Below are positions 35,230 through 47,562 of a stretch of DNA of 64,000 nucleotides, piece by piece. A program made the translations under genes and the position numbers. The notes under the pieces were generated by a model, which was not told where the DNA came from, made no database searches, and was given only the letters and a program-made list of their open reading frames with translations. The first letter of the stretch is position 1. Every line of letters begins with the position of its first letter. This DNA comes from Chara braunii (taxonomy: Eukaryota; Plantae; Charophyceae): positions 4,641,543 to 4,705,542 of the forward strand of contig BFEA01000011.1 in NCBI GenBank assembly GCA_003427395.1, given 5' to 3'.

Positions 35230-35922
35230 CTACTCGATCTCCTTCCCGATGTACGGCTTGCCGAAATGCTCATCCTCCTTCGGCGGGTGGACGGTCACCA
35301 CATCAGGAAGAGGATTCGATGGTCCCTGCTTGCCCTTAGGATCCCACTCAAGCATGATTTTGACCTTGATTCCCAACACTCCCTGCCTAAGCATGACGTG
35401 GCGGACGGCAGCGTCGATGTAATCGTTGACAGGGCTACCAGAGGAGATCATATAGCCATCCTTGAACTTCATGCTCTTGGCACGCTGAGCCCTCAGCTTG
35501 CCGCTGACGATGACCTCGCAACCCTTCGCTCCACTCTCCATGATGAACCGCAGGACACCATAACATGCCCGTCTCACAGCCAGCCCGCCGAGCAGCTTGT
35601 ACCTCAACGACTCCGCCTGCGCAATGGCGCACAGACCTCTGTTCGTCACCCTCTCCGCGTAAAGCTCGACGGTGTTCTCAGGGAAATTGAACCTCTTTTG
35701 CACAACCGATGTCAGCTCCCTGATACGTCGGCCCTTCTCTCCCAAAACCATCTGCGTGCGCGTCGCACGGATGATGATCTCCGTTCTCATGGGCGTCACA
35801 CGTACCTCCACGCCGGAGTATCCATCTTCTGCCAATTCCCGAGTCAGAAACTCGTTCAGCTCCGCAAAAAACACTCCATCTGCGACGAACTTCCTCTTCT
35901 TGCTCACCTGATTGGACGCCAT
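35230..35922 (-). CDS. RPS3: 40S ribosomal protein S3 (uS3), intron-free CDS
   Basis: 230-aa [60 protein letters not shown]...[18 protein letters not shown], unmistakable eukaryotic uS3. Confidence 0.99.
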   Translation of the reverse strand: MASNQVSKKRKFVADGVFFAELNEFLTRELAEDGYSGVEVRVTPMRTEIIIRATRTQMVLGEKGRRIRELTSVVQKRFNFPENTVELYAERVTNRGLCAIAQAESLRYKLLGGLAVRRACYGVLRFIMESGAKGCEVIVSGKLRAQRAKSMKFKDGYMISSGSPVNDYIDAAVRHVMLRQGVLGIKVKIMLEWDPKGKQGPSNPLPDVVTVHPPKEDEHFGKPYIGKEIE

Positions 35923-37475
35923 TTCTGCTGTTCACCGGCCGGTCCTCTTCCACGCAATTGAGCGGAAAAGTCAGCCTGCAGTCACGACACCACACAATAC
36001 ACACACACACAAACGAGCACGTAGCGGCAGACATTTTCATCATTAAGAGCGCAATCGGAAAGATGTACACCATCATTTTACAAACGCGAAAAAACACCAA
36101 CGAGTTAATTAACGACTTCTCATCGTCCACCAACCAAAAACATCTTCAGAAACAAAAAATATATAGCCAAACAGCACACGAAAGCCGCGAAAGATAGTAC
36201 TTCATTTCGTATCTTTCGATTCACGTCTTTTGTCCTGAACAGTATATCAGCATGCTGGTTAAACAGCGCCGACTCTTATACTGTTCCACATTTCCCTAAT
36301 CTGTACCGCAAGCAACCCGACCTTGAATTGTTACATATTTCCCTCGCCTGCGGCCACACCCTCACCATACAATCGATCAACGTCCAACAAATACGATACA
36401 CGACTGTCTGGGCACTGCTGATGATCATTTCACTCCACCACCGCCGGCACCATAACCTTACCCTCGACTGATCGCGGACAAGCTCAACTCGTCGGTGTTG
36501 CACTTCTCGCTCAGATACCATCCAAGCAGCCAGCTCTCTACCATCGTCGAAGATCGGTTGTAGATTTTGGACGCTCGGTAGTCTTAACTAGAACATCTTC
36601 TCACCCCAACTCCTCTTTGAACGACAAAAACATTCATCACGGTCCAACCAATCGGGGTAGCCAACGCGTGCGGTTGTGAAATAGCACCTACTGCTTGCCG
36701 ACCGCGAGAGCTCGATCGTTAGACGGCCACCGAGGACTGCGACACCGACAAGAGCACGGCGCACACAAAGCAATCGGCGCGACACACAGAACAAGCAGCG
36801 TCCAAGTTGTACTACTTACTACGCCCACCGATAAAAATTAGACAGACAGGACAGTGAGGGAAGAAGACCGACTACCTGCCATTGAGTGCGTCCTTGCGCT
36901 ACCGATAAAAATTAGACAGGACAGCGGGGAAAGAAGACCGGCTATCTGCCAACGAGTGCGTCATCTCACCGTCCTTTCCCCACTAATAAGCGGGAATACC
37001 TAAATAACGTTACGATAAGGAACCCCCGCCGACTCCTTGGATATTGCGACACATGTGAAAGCGAATTCAACAGAAAGCCGCCCTCGACGGTCACGTAAGC
37101 GAGGACCCTTCTGTCTGTCTGTTCTCCTGATCTGGATCGCTGATGGCTCGGCAACCAATCAATCGCTCGGCGCGCAGTTCCCCGCCAGAAGTCCATACCT
37201 AAATCGGCAAGTTAGGAAGGAGGGTGAGGAGGAGAAGTGCCACATCCAAGTCCCGTCAAAGAAACAACCTAATGTTTTCATCACCGCGTCATTACTACCC
37301 TTCTTCAGTTAAAACCCTAAAATCACTACACACCGTCAACCCCTTCACCATCCCAAGAAAGTGGTATATAGAATCACCATTTCATTTCCGCACTCTCGTG
37401 TTAGCTCCCTTCCGCCATCTCCTTTTCAGGTTACTATCGAACGCCTACCTCCGTTCCTCAGGCTTTCGCGACAAT

Positions 37476-37945
37476 ACCATTCCTCCACCCTTCGGGACCA
37501 CCATTACTCCATCCCTTCGGGACCACCATTCCTCCACCCCTTCGGGACCACCATTCCTCCATCCCTCGGGACCACCAATCCTCCATCCCTCGGGACCACC
37601 AATCCTCCACCTCTCGGGGCCACCATTCCTTCCCTCGGGACCACCATTCCTCCACCCCTCGGGACCACCAATCCTCCACCCCTCGGGACCACCATTGCTC
37701 CACCCCTCGGGACCACCATTCCTCCACCCCTCGGGACCACCATTCCTCCACCCCTCGGGACCACCATTCCTCCACCCCTCGGGACCACCATTNNNNNNNN
37801 NNNNNNNNNNNNNNNNNNNNNNNNNNNNNNNNNNNNNNNNNNNNNNNNNNNNNNNNNNNNNNNNNNNNNNNNNNNNNCATTCCTCCACCCCTCGGGACTA
37901 TAGCATTCCTCCACCCCTCGGGACCACCATTCCTCCACCCTTCGA
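37476..37945. repeat. 24-bp minisatellite (spans an N gap)
   Basis: (CCACCATTCCTCCACCCCTCGGGA)n. Confidence 0.95.
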
Positions 37946-37995
37946 AACCACAACTCGTTGCTTCGCACCTTTCTTTTCACATCAATCAAATCGAA

Positions 37996-38066
37996 GGCTA
38001 AGAAATATAAAGGTAATGTATTGGACTGCAAATCCACGAACGATGGTTCGAATCCGTCCTTAGCCT
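37996..38066 (+). tRNA. trnC: Mitochondrial-type tRNA-Cys(GCA), probable nuclear insert (NUMT)
   Basis: Acceptor stem GGCTAAG/CTTAGCC, anticodon loop CTGCAAA, T-loop GGTTCGAATCC. Resembles plant mitochondrial trnC. Followed by CCA at 38067-38069. Confidence 0.82.
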
Positions 38067-39681
38067 CCAGTCCTCCACCCTTCGCGACAACTGTTCCTGA
38101 GTCCTTCGCGACAACCAGCCCTTCGCACCAATCATTCCACCTCAGCACTTAACACAAGGCGTGCTATAGTTTCTGCAACCCCGATGAATTGTTAACACAA
38201 ACTATGCTCTTTCCTCAGGAACACTCGTTTCTTTCCAGTCCTCCGTGCATAAGAGTCAACCTGCGCAGTGATTGCAATGCGCCTTCGCGGCGTACGCTTC
38301 CCACTCTCACTGCATGAAGAGAACACTCCCTAGCTCCATTCTCCTCCCATATTTTTTTCCCGTCCTCGCCCGCACTATGTTCCAAACCGCCTGCAAAAGC
38401 TGCCACCAAATTCCGATACTGGGCATGACCATACTCAACGTGCTTAGCCGACATCAGGGAAGTTTGTACGAGGAAGGAGAACACGTCACATTATCCAATT
38501 CATCAGGTAAGGACAGACGAGAACTTTCAGACGACATATTAGGTTAAAGTGTTTACTAGCGACGATTCGCTACAAGAACGGCGGTTATCGATAGAAAAAG
38601 CAGGAGGAGCCAATTGTAGACAGAGTTCACATTACTCCGCTTGCGACCTACCTAAGCATCTTGTTCTCCTCTTTGCTAACCCTTATTATACCCGTTCTAC
38701 TACGTTCCAACCTAATCCCTCCATTCGCCGCCGTCATATATTTCCCTCCTCGAGTCTCTTCCCTCAAGATCGTCTCAATCCCATAGCACTGCAAATCTAC
38801 TCCAACGCTTCCTTTATTACCCCTTCCTCTACGCGTCCATTGCACCCCTATCTCGCCTCTGTTCCGACACTATGCCTTTACACCTTTCTTCATTCTCCTC
38901 CTCCATATCTCCGTGACTCTTCTCCCATGTCTCTCTCCTCTCACCCTTCAACCTTTTTACCTTCGGCGTCCCGCCTCTCTTCCTTGCCCTCTCTTCTCCT
39001 ACAACCGCTATCCTTTCATCCACGTGTTAGGCGCATCTTCCCGCTCTCCTCTCCTACTCTCTCTCTCTTTCCCCCACCCGCCCCTATTGACGACTCTTCG
39101 GTCTCTCTTCTTCTCTAGACTTTTCCATCCTCCCTCTCCCTTCGCTTCCCTGAGCTTTACGTACTGCTTCCGTCATCATCCTCGTCCGCCAAACAATCTT
39201 CTCGTCCCTCTATTCTCCCCTTCGCTCCCATTCAACTTGGCCGCTATTTCACCTCTCCAGTCTCCCCAGTCTGCGCTTCTCTCTTCTGCCTCTTAGACAA
39301 GGACAACCGAAAACACGCCAGTAGCTACTCAGGAAGAAGGAACGAGTGAACACACGCAACATGAGAGAAAAGAGAAGACAAGAAGGATCATGGAGAAGAG
39401 CACTCACACCGCAGGTATGTCCGCGCGGGAAATGGAAGCCTCTCTTTCGGACAAGTTAGTTAACAGGGAGAGAAAGAGAGAGACCCGAAGACGAAGACAA
39501 TTGGCCGGAGCTCACCTCTGCTGGGCGTGAGTACACCGGCGACTTCGCGGCGTATTCCTCCCCAACGCTACGCCGGCAGCCAAAGAGACCAACTTAGAGA
39601 CAATGGAGAGGAAGTAGTCGTGGAGAAGGAACTCTCTTGAAGCCAGTCGCCGCAAAATGGAAGGGCAAAAGGGCTGAAGTC

Positions 39682-39698
39682 GGGCCCAATCGAGCCCA
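39682..39698 (-). promoter_or_regulatory. Paired site II (TGGGCY) motifs, candidate RPS3 promoter
   Basis: GGGCCCAA and AGCCCA just upstream of the inferred first exon. Site II pairs are typical of plant ribosomal protein promoters. Confidence 0.4.
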
Positions 39699-40399
39699 CC
39701 CAGCGCAGGGGTCAGTTGTCGGATTGAGACTGAGGGGTCCTGCTCTGAAGGTCAGGCTACCCATGGTGGAAATTGATGCGGTACCGTCCCATTCGTTGGG
39801 GCGCCCCGACCCTACGCGCAGGGAAGGAGCCGTAGCCCCCATGCCCTGGTACCCGTAGAAATTCGCCTCCCGCAACAGACGTCGGATTTCCAGGTCCGGG
39901 CAAAAGACAGAACCTACCAATTCCTATTGTCCCTCAAAGATGCAGTATTGCCCGATATGCCCCTCAAAGACGCAATATTGTCCCATATGGCCCTCACAGA
40001 CGCGGTATTGCCCGATATGCCCTTCAGAGATGTGGGTGCCAGGGTATGCTCTCGAAACTCGTTACCTTCGGGCCACGCCCCTGTCACAGGGCTGTCGTGA
40101 CTGTCGTGACTGCAATTTGTTGTCACTGCAAATTCCATTTGCAAAGTTCCCCAATCCCAGCCAGAGGGGCAACCTTATCGCTTGCCACAACCATTCGGGC
40201 AGCAAATTTGACGCAATTTCCCTTCAGTGTTCTTCATACTCCACGTACTCTTCCTCCTTTGACTGTGAGGTTTGCTTGCCCCTATTCCCTTGCTCCCCCT
40301 CCTTCATTGTTGTTTGTTCTTTTACAGTGATGAAAAGGAAGGGCACAGTGGAGGAAAAGCCTAGGAGGAGGAAGAGGAAGCATATCATTCGGACTATTA

Positions 40400-40598
40400 C
40401 CTTCTTCCCCTTAATACAACGTCCATTCATTCTAGTTGTACTTAGGGTATATTTCAGTCTAAATATAACTATGATGCGATCATTATAGTTGTATTTAGGG
40501 TATCTTTCAGTCTAAATACAGCTATGATGCGGTCGTTATAGTTGTATTCAGGGCATCTTTCAGTCTACATACATGATCTTGTATTCGGGGGAAGAAGG
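40400..40598. mobile_element. TA-family MITE with a triplicated internal unit
   Basis: TA|CCTTCTTCCCCTTAATACAA ... TTGTATTCGGGGGAAGAAGG|TA; TAGTTGTA.T.AGGG.AT.TTTCAGTCTA x3. Confidence 0.8.
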
Positions 40599-40629
40599 TA
40601 GGAGGAGGGGGTTGTTTGCTCCATGAAAA

Positions 40630-40953
40630 AAAGTACTTCCGGAAATGGCGGCTTCAAGCAGCCAGCCAGTGTTGCAGTGCAGTGATGTTTCACCTTGAAT
40701 GGATTTACTACGGCGCCCCATGCCCGTTTATCCCAACAGCAGGCATGAGGTCGCGATTTTCGGAAGTACTGGTGGTTTAAACCACCAGACACACGAGTCT
40801 AAGTTTACGAAGCTACCTTCCAAGGCTCGCAAGCCTACAACTGCACCTTTCCAAAGTGACATGTTACTTTCAATACCGACCCAAACATAAATTAAAATAC
40901 TCTTACCGTTTATGACAGTAAGATCACTACTTAGGTTCATGTGAGCTGATGGT
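40630..40953. mobile_element. Two adjacent TTAA-group MITEs sharing one TTAA (40777-40780)
   Basis: ...GGAAGTACTGGTGGT|TTAA|ACCACCAGACAC... The left copy has AGTACTTCCGGAAAT/ATTTTCGGAAGTACT inverted ends; the right copy ends GCTGATGGT|TTAT. Confidence 0.7.
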
Positions 40954-43248
40954 TTATGACTTTTTACCCCATCAGGGCGACGATTTCACTTATGCCCCTA
41001 TATGATTTTTGTCACGTTGGTTGGTTGGTTGGTATCATCACATCCCTTCACCTTTCTAGCTTGGTAATGATGAACGACAATAATTATCTTTGTTTCCCAA
41101 AAGGAAGTTGAAGAAATAACTATTACAACCAAATGAAAGACTTTTATCATATTCCAATGAATGAGGGTTTCGGTACTGTATTTGGCACAGGGTTCAATCA
41201 TTTCATTTTTTTGTTGTTTCTATCACATGAGTTTTAACTTCGATAGTTTGCACCAATATTAGGTTAGTTGTAGCTAGCAAGTCTAGTCAGAGACCGATTA
41301 TACTTGACCCCATTTGTTTATTTTGTTGGTTGGATGGGTATCTTATTAGTTTGTCGACAGTTAGTTTTCTACCCATATGTTGGGTGGATACGTTTTTAGA
41401 TATATGACCCTTCGTATATCGATTATATGCATTTATTTTATTAAATATATTGTTTCCAACATCATATCCAATATCAAACAATAAATTTTCATTGGTTTTG
41501 TTCAGTTTATCAAGGTAGATCAACGAATATTTATTATATGCATACTTCAATGTTAGTTATAACTTTATTTTACACCTGCACTCACATTTTATTGTACTAT
41601 AGGTTCAATGCATACATGTTCATGACTTTCATAGCTTCCGCTTAATTGCATGTTTTCTTACTACATTAGTATTGGAACGGTTCGGTCATTGCCATCAGTT
41701 TTTGTCGTTGCACTAAGTAATTTTGAATGGGTTATGATTTATTGTTCGTTCGTAACGTTTGAATATCTTAACGTCATTATCTAGGTTTGTATTGATCAAT
41801 CGATAGTCATCTTAGTGTTTTTTGTTTTCCATTTTACACTATTTAAAGTTATGTTTTTGATGGTTTGGTATTTATGGTGTATTATGTTTCTATTCACTGC
41901 CAAGTTTGTAGCCTAACTGGTTTCGTAGCCCACAACGTAGCTTGGAGGTCAACTTACAGTCAAGTTTGCAGTCAACTTCAAACTGCAGTCAAAATAATAA
42001 CCACACTAATAACTAAGTTCGTAGCTAAGTTCATATTTTAGCTTTAGCTAAACATATATCAACCTTTACCAACCCTCAACCTGCCTTAAAAGATCTCCCC
42101 AGACCCTCTATATAAATACTAACTCCACTCCTCTTATTTTATTATGCCCTCCTCCTCTCATTTTTTATCTCCCTCTACTCTAGTTATGATATCCTTACCA
42201 CATCATACAAGTAATTTCACTCGATATTCTATGTATTTCGATCCAATATCACAAAGCTTGTTCGTTTTCTTTCCTCATTCTTTTATTTAAATCCTCATCT
42301 CTCATATTATACCAGGTAACATAAGAAAACTCTTTAATATTTTATCATTTTTTTTCCTTCATTATTTATTTTTCTTCTCCCTTTATGATAACCATTAACT
42401 ATTTACTTGATTTTTTTCATTTTTGTTTCTCTTTTATCCAACACTTTTAAAATTACAGTCATTAAGAAGAGGTAGTTAAGTATGGATGTGGTCAACTTTT
42501 TACATTTTGATGTGCATCGCTCACGATTAGGTAGTATAGACCCCATGAGTTGGGGATTCCGGTAATCCGTATAAAAAACGTTTCTGACTTATCATGACCC
42601 CTTAATAAGAAACCAAGTAAGAGAAAACATTGCATAGACTTGGAGGGTTGAGAAACAATGAGAACAACAGAGGTAGGAAGGGGGGAGCGGAGGGGTGGGG
42701 GGAAAAATAGCTTTATGGGGGAAAGGGGCAATGGATCTGGGGAGGGCGGTGGGGTGAGGGAGAGAGTCAGAGAAAGGGGGAGTTGCAGAATAATCGGGTG
42801 AAGTGTTCGCAAGGGAGTTATCGAGCCGAGGAGACAAAGGAAAAGTTGCGAGGACAAAGGATATAGAGTTAGGGGGAAGGAGTTTTTCTTCTTTGGGAGG
42901 TGGTGAACTTGCAGGGAGGTGATGTAACGGTCACCTAGTCCTGCCAAAGTGGAGGGGGTGACAAGATGTGGATACGGCTCCTGACACCCTCCCCACCGCC
43001 AACTCCGTTCTCTGAGTTCGTCACCTTCCGATGCTTGTTGGACTCGATACCTACCTATGCCTCTTTGTTGCTCGAGCTTGTTGTGTTTTATGGAATACAT
43101 ACAATGTTTCCAACCCGTACATAGGGAGGTACCCGAGCCGACCTCCGTACGAACAGGCATTCAGGGTCCCGTTCGGGGTCCGAACCTGAAGGGGTTCGGG
43201 CCCCGCTATAAATTATCTCAACGTCCATATATATATATATATATATAT

Positions 43249-43448
43249 GTAGAGTTTTCCATCTGGTGTGGGTGAGTGATAGTCTACCTTGATTTTGGTT
43301 AAGGGAGATTATCATTTACAGTGTAATCAGTGAGGGGATTCTGCAGACTGTTGAGGGTTCAGCCTCCTGATGAGTCGGTGAAACTCCGACGAAACAGTTT
43401 GTCACAGCCCCTCGTTTGTTGTCCTCTTCTCTCTCTCTGCCTACGGTT
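43249..43448 (+). mobile_element. Hammerhead-bearing element, longest (TA)n-type copy, ending at an N
   Basis: Starts right after (TA)n. The 5' part is homologous to 52738-52800 (-); the 3' part to 47454-47562 (-) and 53758-53862 (+). Confidence 0.82.
43344..43401 (+). ncRNA. Type III hammerhead ribozyme (GUU site in this copy)
   Basis: Stem III CAGACUG/CAGUUUG, GUU at 43350-43352, stem I GAGG/CCUC with loop GUUCAG, CUGAUGA at 43367-43373, stem II GUCGG/CCGAC with loop UGAAACU, GAAA at 43391-43394. Confidence 0.88.
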
Positions 43449-43709
43449 NCCCCCCCCTTTCGTCGCCCTCAGTTATAGTAGTACGTGCCATATGCATCGA
43501 TGACCTCTTTTGTTCAAACTCATGCCCTCTTCTTTTATCTCTACTTCCTATAAATAAATGAGAGTGAGGAAAAGACAATTCGCAATAAATTTCCATAAGG
43601 TTTCTATGCCGAATCAATGTGTAACCTGCTCAACTAGTACCTTTTTTGCTTCTATGAGATGAACAATGTTTCACTACAACATTTATCAAGAGCGAGGACC
43701 CTCCGTTAA

Positions 43710-43800
43710 TGTTGTTGAAAACCTCTCAAACATTGAGGTCAACAATGGGATAAGCATGTATACTGCTAATAACCTAGCATGTCTGATTGCCCATAGTATG
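43710..43800 (-). pseudogene. Possible hAT transposase dimerisation-domain remnant
   Basis: ARLLAVYMLIPLLTSMFERFS resembles the LA...IP.....ER.FS motif. Confidence 0.4.
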
Positions 43801-44302
43801 AAACATTTAGGTTTCACAAAATTGGTCACTCTTGTAAATCCATAAATAATAGTACAAATGGGTAATAAAATCCTACCTAAAAAACACCTAAAATGAAATA
43901 TTTTAATCCAGCCTCTATAGAAAATTCAGAATTTCATTTTGATGTTGCATTAATATAAAATCTTAAACTTAGATGTTCGATGGCTAAATACATGACAATC
44001 AAATCGTAAGATTAGATAATTAAAACTTTATTACAAGTAGAGAGTAAAATGAACATCATAGCTTCAAAAAATTCAAAGTTTTTTGTTTGAAATAATCGTA
44101 ATACATCAAAATGGTTCGTCAGTCAGGACGTGTCGTAAGTTGGTTGTTCCTCTAATAAATTGATTTCAAATGCGGTGTATTGATCTACCAACCGCATCGG
44201 TCATATTATCTTTTTTCGCCTGGGTGGCTCGACTGTGTAAAGAACTAGAAAGGTCACAGTAAAAAAAATAAAATAAAAAATATGATAAAAACTATGTTAT
44301 GC

Positions 44303-44589
44303 TAGGCTACCAGAGTGGTCCCGGATCACATAGCTGACTAGGCTAAAAATATACAAATTAAATAAAAATTAAAAAATAGTTTTAAATTTTATTTTTTATT
44401 ATAAATTTGATGAAGAATTTCGATATGACCCTGAGACAAAAGTTGTTCAGTTGATTTTTCTGCATAACATAGTGTTTTTCGAATTTGTTGGATGTTTTTT
44501 TTTTATAATCTTTTTTTTTTTCGGGATCTTCCACCTGGTCTTTTCACGGTCTGGCCACCTGGGACCCGGGCGGCCTGCCTAGCAGCCTA
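44303..44589. mobile_element. Complete TAGGCTACCAG element with a 10-bp TSD
   Basis: TATGTTATGC|TAGGCTACCAG ... CTAGCAGCCTA|TATGTTATGC. Confidence 0.85.
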
Positions 44590-45781
44590 TATGTTATGCA
44601 AAAAAATAAGTTGAACAAAATCTACCTCAGAGTTACATTAAAATTCTTTGATATAATTTATTTTATTTTATTTTATTTATTTATTTTTTTGACCCCAATT
44701 GAGGGTTAGGTGAAAAACTCTTTAAATGGACAATCCCAAACCTTGATTATTGTACCATCTGCTCTCATGTTTGAATTCATATGTCATGCATGTGAGATAA
44801 TTGTGTAACATTCTTAGTAATCCTACCTAAGAATCTGTTGTTAAAAGATTCTATGTTGACCCAATTGATTTAGCGTTGAGATTTTCTACTAGCAATTGCA
44901 TATATATACCTTCATAATGGCTCAAATGCATAATGTCCACATGTGTAACATAAAAATTGAGTTCATAATACAAGTAAAATAATTGTTATAAAGGGTAAAA
45001 ATAAGAGGTGGAGATAGACATGTAAACTTATATTATAATTCCTTAGGCCCATAAAATCTAAGACAAAAATAGAGCATATGACAAACATCACTAGAATAAA
45101 AGTTGTTACAAAAGGCAACCTGCGCCCCTAGTAAGAGCTAGTTACCTTTAGGAAAATCAAAAGTCAAATGCAAATCGAGAAAAAAAGTAAAAGATTAAAT
45201 ATTTTTCAAGAGTCAATCACAACCACAAACATGATGCACATCAAACATTGTATTCATTGTTCTAAGACTTTTGAAGAACCAATGGATTTATGCACACAAT
45301 GATCGATCACAAATCGGGGTAATCCAATTTGAGAAATCCGAGCCGCATGAGACAAACAAAGGCAAACCAAGACCAGTTAATGTTGCAAGAGAGCTGATTG
45401 CTCTAGTCGTTCATTTATTCCGTCTTGTGCTGAGGAAGGTTGGACTGCTCCACTTAGTATTTGAGGAGGCATAAAAGGTTGGGGTCAGAGAGGAAGAAGC
45501 GATTGCTATATATATAAGGTTGACGGGGTTCGGGATTAATCGAACGTCCAAACCCGAACGCCCAAATGTTCGGCATTAAAAAAAAAAAAAAATCCAAAAA
45601 ATTTGAAAAACACATACGTTATGCAGAAAAATAAATTGAACAATATTTGCCTTAACGTAAAATCATTTTTTTTTACCAAATTTAAAATAAAAATCAAATA
45701 CAAAAATTAAGTAATAAAATTGAAAGTAAAAAAAAAAAAACGAGAATGAAATTATTGAGTGGACGAACACGTTTTTGACAA

Positions 45782-46549
45782 GGGAAAATTTTCGAAATGC
45801 CCCTGATGTTTGCGTTTATTTGCGGCGTGCCCCTCTGACGGCTGACTTACCTTGTCGTGCCCCTCTGACGACGAATGATGTTTCCAGAAAACCCCTGGCA
45901 TCGTTTGGGCCTGAAAAATGTTTCATATACCCCTACCAGTACAGTACCAAATTTTCAGTATGCCCCTACCGCATGGCCGTTGAGAACCAACACAAAAGTT
46001 TTCCATATGCCTTTATTGGTGCGGTCTATCTTTCCAGCGAACCCCTGTTGCCATTGTTGACACTCACAGTCTTTCCCCTGGCCCCGGGAGAGATGCTACC
46101 GGGGCATATCAGAAATTTAGCGATGAGCATGGACACACACACACACACGCAAACGTGCGTGTGCGCACACACAACACACATATACACACACACGCGCACA
46201 CACACGCACACACACACACACACACACACAACACACACACACAACACATATATACAGACCGTTTATCCGTGGGGGCACGTGGAATGCCTACCACTTTGAA
46301 TTCGAAATCCTGTTACCACTGTTACAAGGGCATCACAGAAAGATGTGTGCCCCTCGTGAGGGCATTTCAAGGACCCACCGACGAAACGCCACCAGCGGTC
46401 CAGTAAGGGCGTATTGGAAAGTTACGCCTCATGCTGACAAGGGCCTGTGGAAAATTTCAGAGGCCCGAGGGACATGACAGGGTAAGTCGGCCTTTACAAG
46501 GGCACGCCACAATAAACGCAAACTTTGGGGGCATTTCGAAAAATTTTCC
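45782..46549. mobile_element. Mutator-like non-autonomous element nested in a hAT remnant
   Basis: ~80-bp TIRs starting GGGAAAATTTTCGAAATGCCCC; 9-bp TSD TTTTGACAA at 45773-45781 and 46550-46558. Confidence 0.9.
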
Positions 46550-46924
46550 TTTTGACAATCTCATCTTTGGCCATTTTACTTTTTTTTTGGCTTTGACAAA
46601 TGCCATAAAAATTTTATACATGTGTATCGTATATAATCGATAACCTACAAATAAGATTTAAAAAAACAATATATTTTTTTATGCCATGAAATAAAAGAAA
46701 AACAAAAAGTGAAACGAGAAAAAAAAACAAATTAGTGAGTGGGTAAGCAAGTTTTGACAGCACAATCTTTGCCGATTTTTCATGATTTTTTGGCTTAAGA
46801 GAATGACTTTAACATTAAACGAAAGATACCTTACATTACAAAGAACTCACAAAACAAAAATCAGAAGAAAAAAAAAAACTATTTAGGTGCTAAAATATTT
46901 TTTTGCGGGGTATAGTAAGTGAGT

Positions 46925-47011
<87 letters not shown>

Positions 47012-47453
47012 GCAAAAAAAAAAAATAGAGAAAAAAATTATTTTTATTTTTAAATTGGATTGCAGAAGTACAAACTTGCTATTCAATTACATCATGTTAT
47101 GTTAAGAGTCAACGAACATTTACCACCTCGTGTTTTGTTTAACATGCAAAGTCATGAATATTGAATAAAGTAAATATCTTTGCATATGAGGAGGGTGTTA
47201 GAGAATAGGTAAAAAAATAGAACGTGATGAATTTCCTCAAGAAAATAAATATCTTTTTCAATAAATTAAAATATCACTTTTTTTATAAAACCAATATGTA
47301 TAAAGCTTTAAAACAACTTATAATTATAAACAACCATTTCGTTCAAATAAACATTTTACAATTTTTTTAATAAAAATCAAACTGACTTCTTTGCTAAGCT
47401 ACCAAAGTGGCCCGGGGTCACTTGCCAGACCGGGCCAAAATATATATATATAT

Positions 47454-47562
47454 CGTAAAATAGAACTGCCCGGTAAACCGTAGGCAGAGAGGGAGAAGAG
47501 GACAACAAATGAGGGGCTGTGACAAACTGTTTCGTCGGAGTTTCACCGACTCATCAGGAGGC
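47454..47562 (-). mobile_element. 5'-truncated hammerhead element with intact 3' end, inside (TA)n
   Basis: Reverse complement: GCCTCCTGATGAGTCGGTGAAACTCCGACGAAACAGTTTG...GGGCAGTTCTATTTTACG(AT)n. TA tracts on both sides. Confidence 0.85.

Larger units (their letters stand above)
35976..39515 (-). other. Inferred 5'-UTR intron of RPS3 (acceptor well supported, donor tentative)
   Basis: TGCAG acceptor ending at 35976, ~53 nt before the ATG, after a GT-rich tract. Candidate donor AG|GTGAGC at 39515; alternative donors near 36969 and 37198. Confidence 0.45.

Noticed and set aside
35266-35961. 231-aa plus-strand ORF
   Set aside because: Antisense shadow of RPS3.
36500-37290. Intronic C/D snoRNAs in the RPS3 5' region
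   Set aside because: Box C-like GTGATGA motifs exist on the minus strand, but there is no suitably spaced box D with a terminal stem or rRNA guide.
43250-43315. Antisense peptide LNQNQGRLSLTHTRWKTL resembling a Penelope GIY-YIG C-terminus (similar W-x-T-L near 19520)
   Set aside because: Only ~20 aa, with an in-frame stop just upstream and on the strand opposite the ribozyme. It could simply reflect nucleotide homology, so it is too weak to call.
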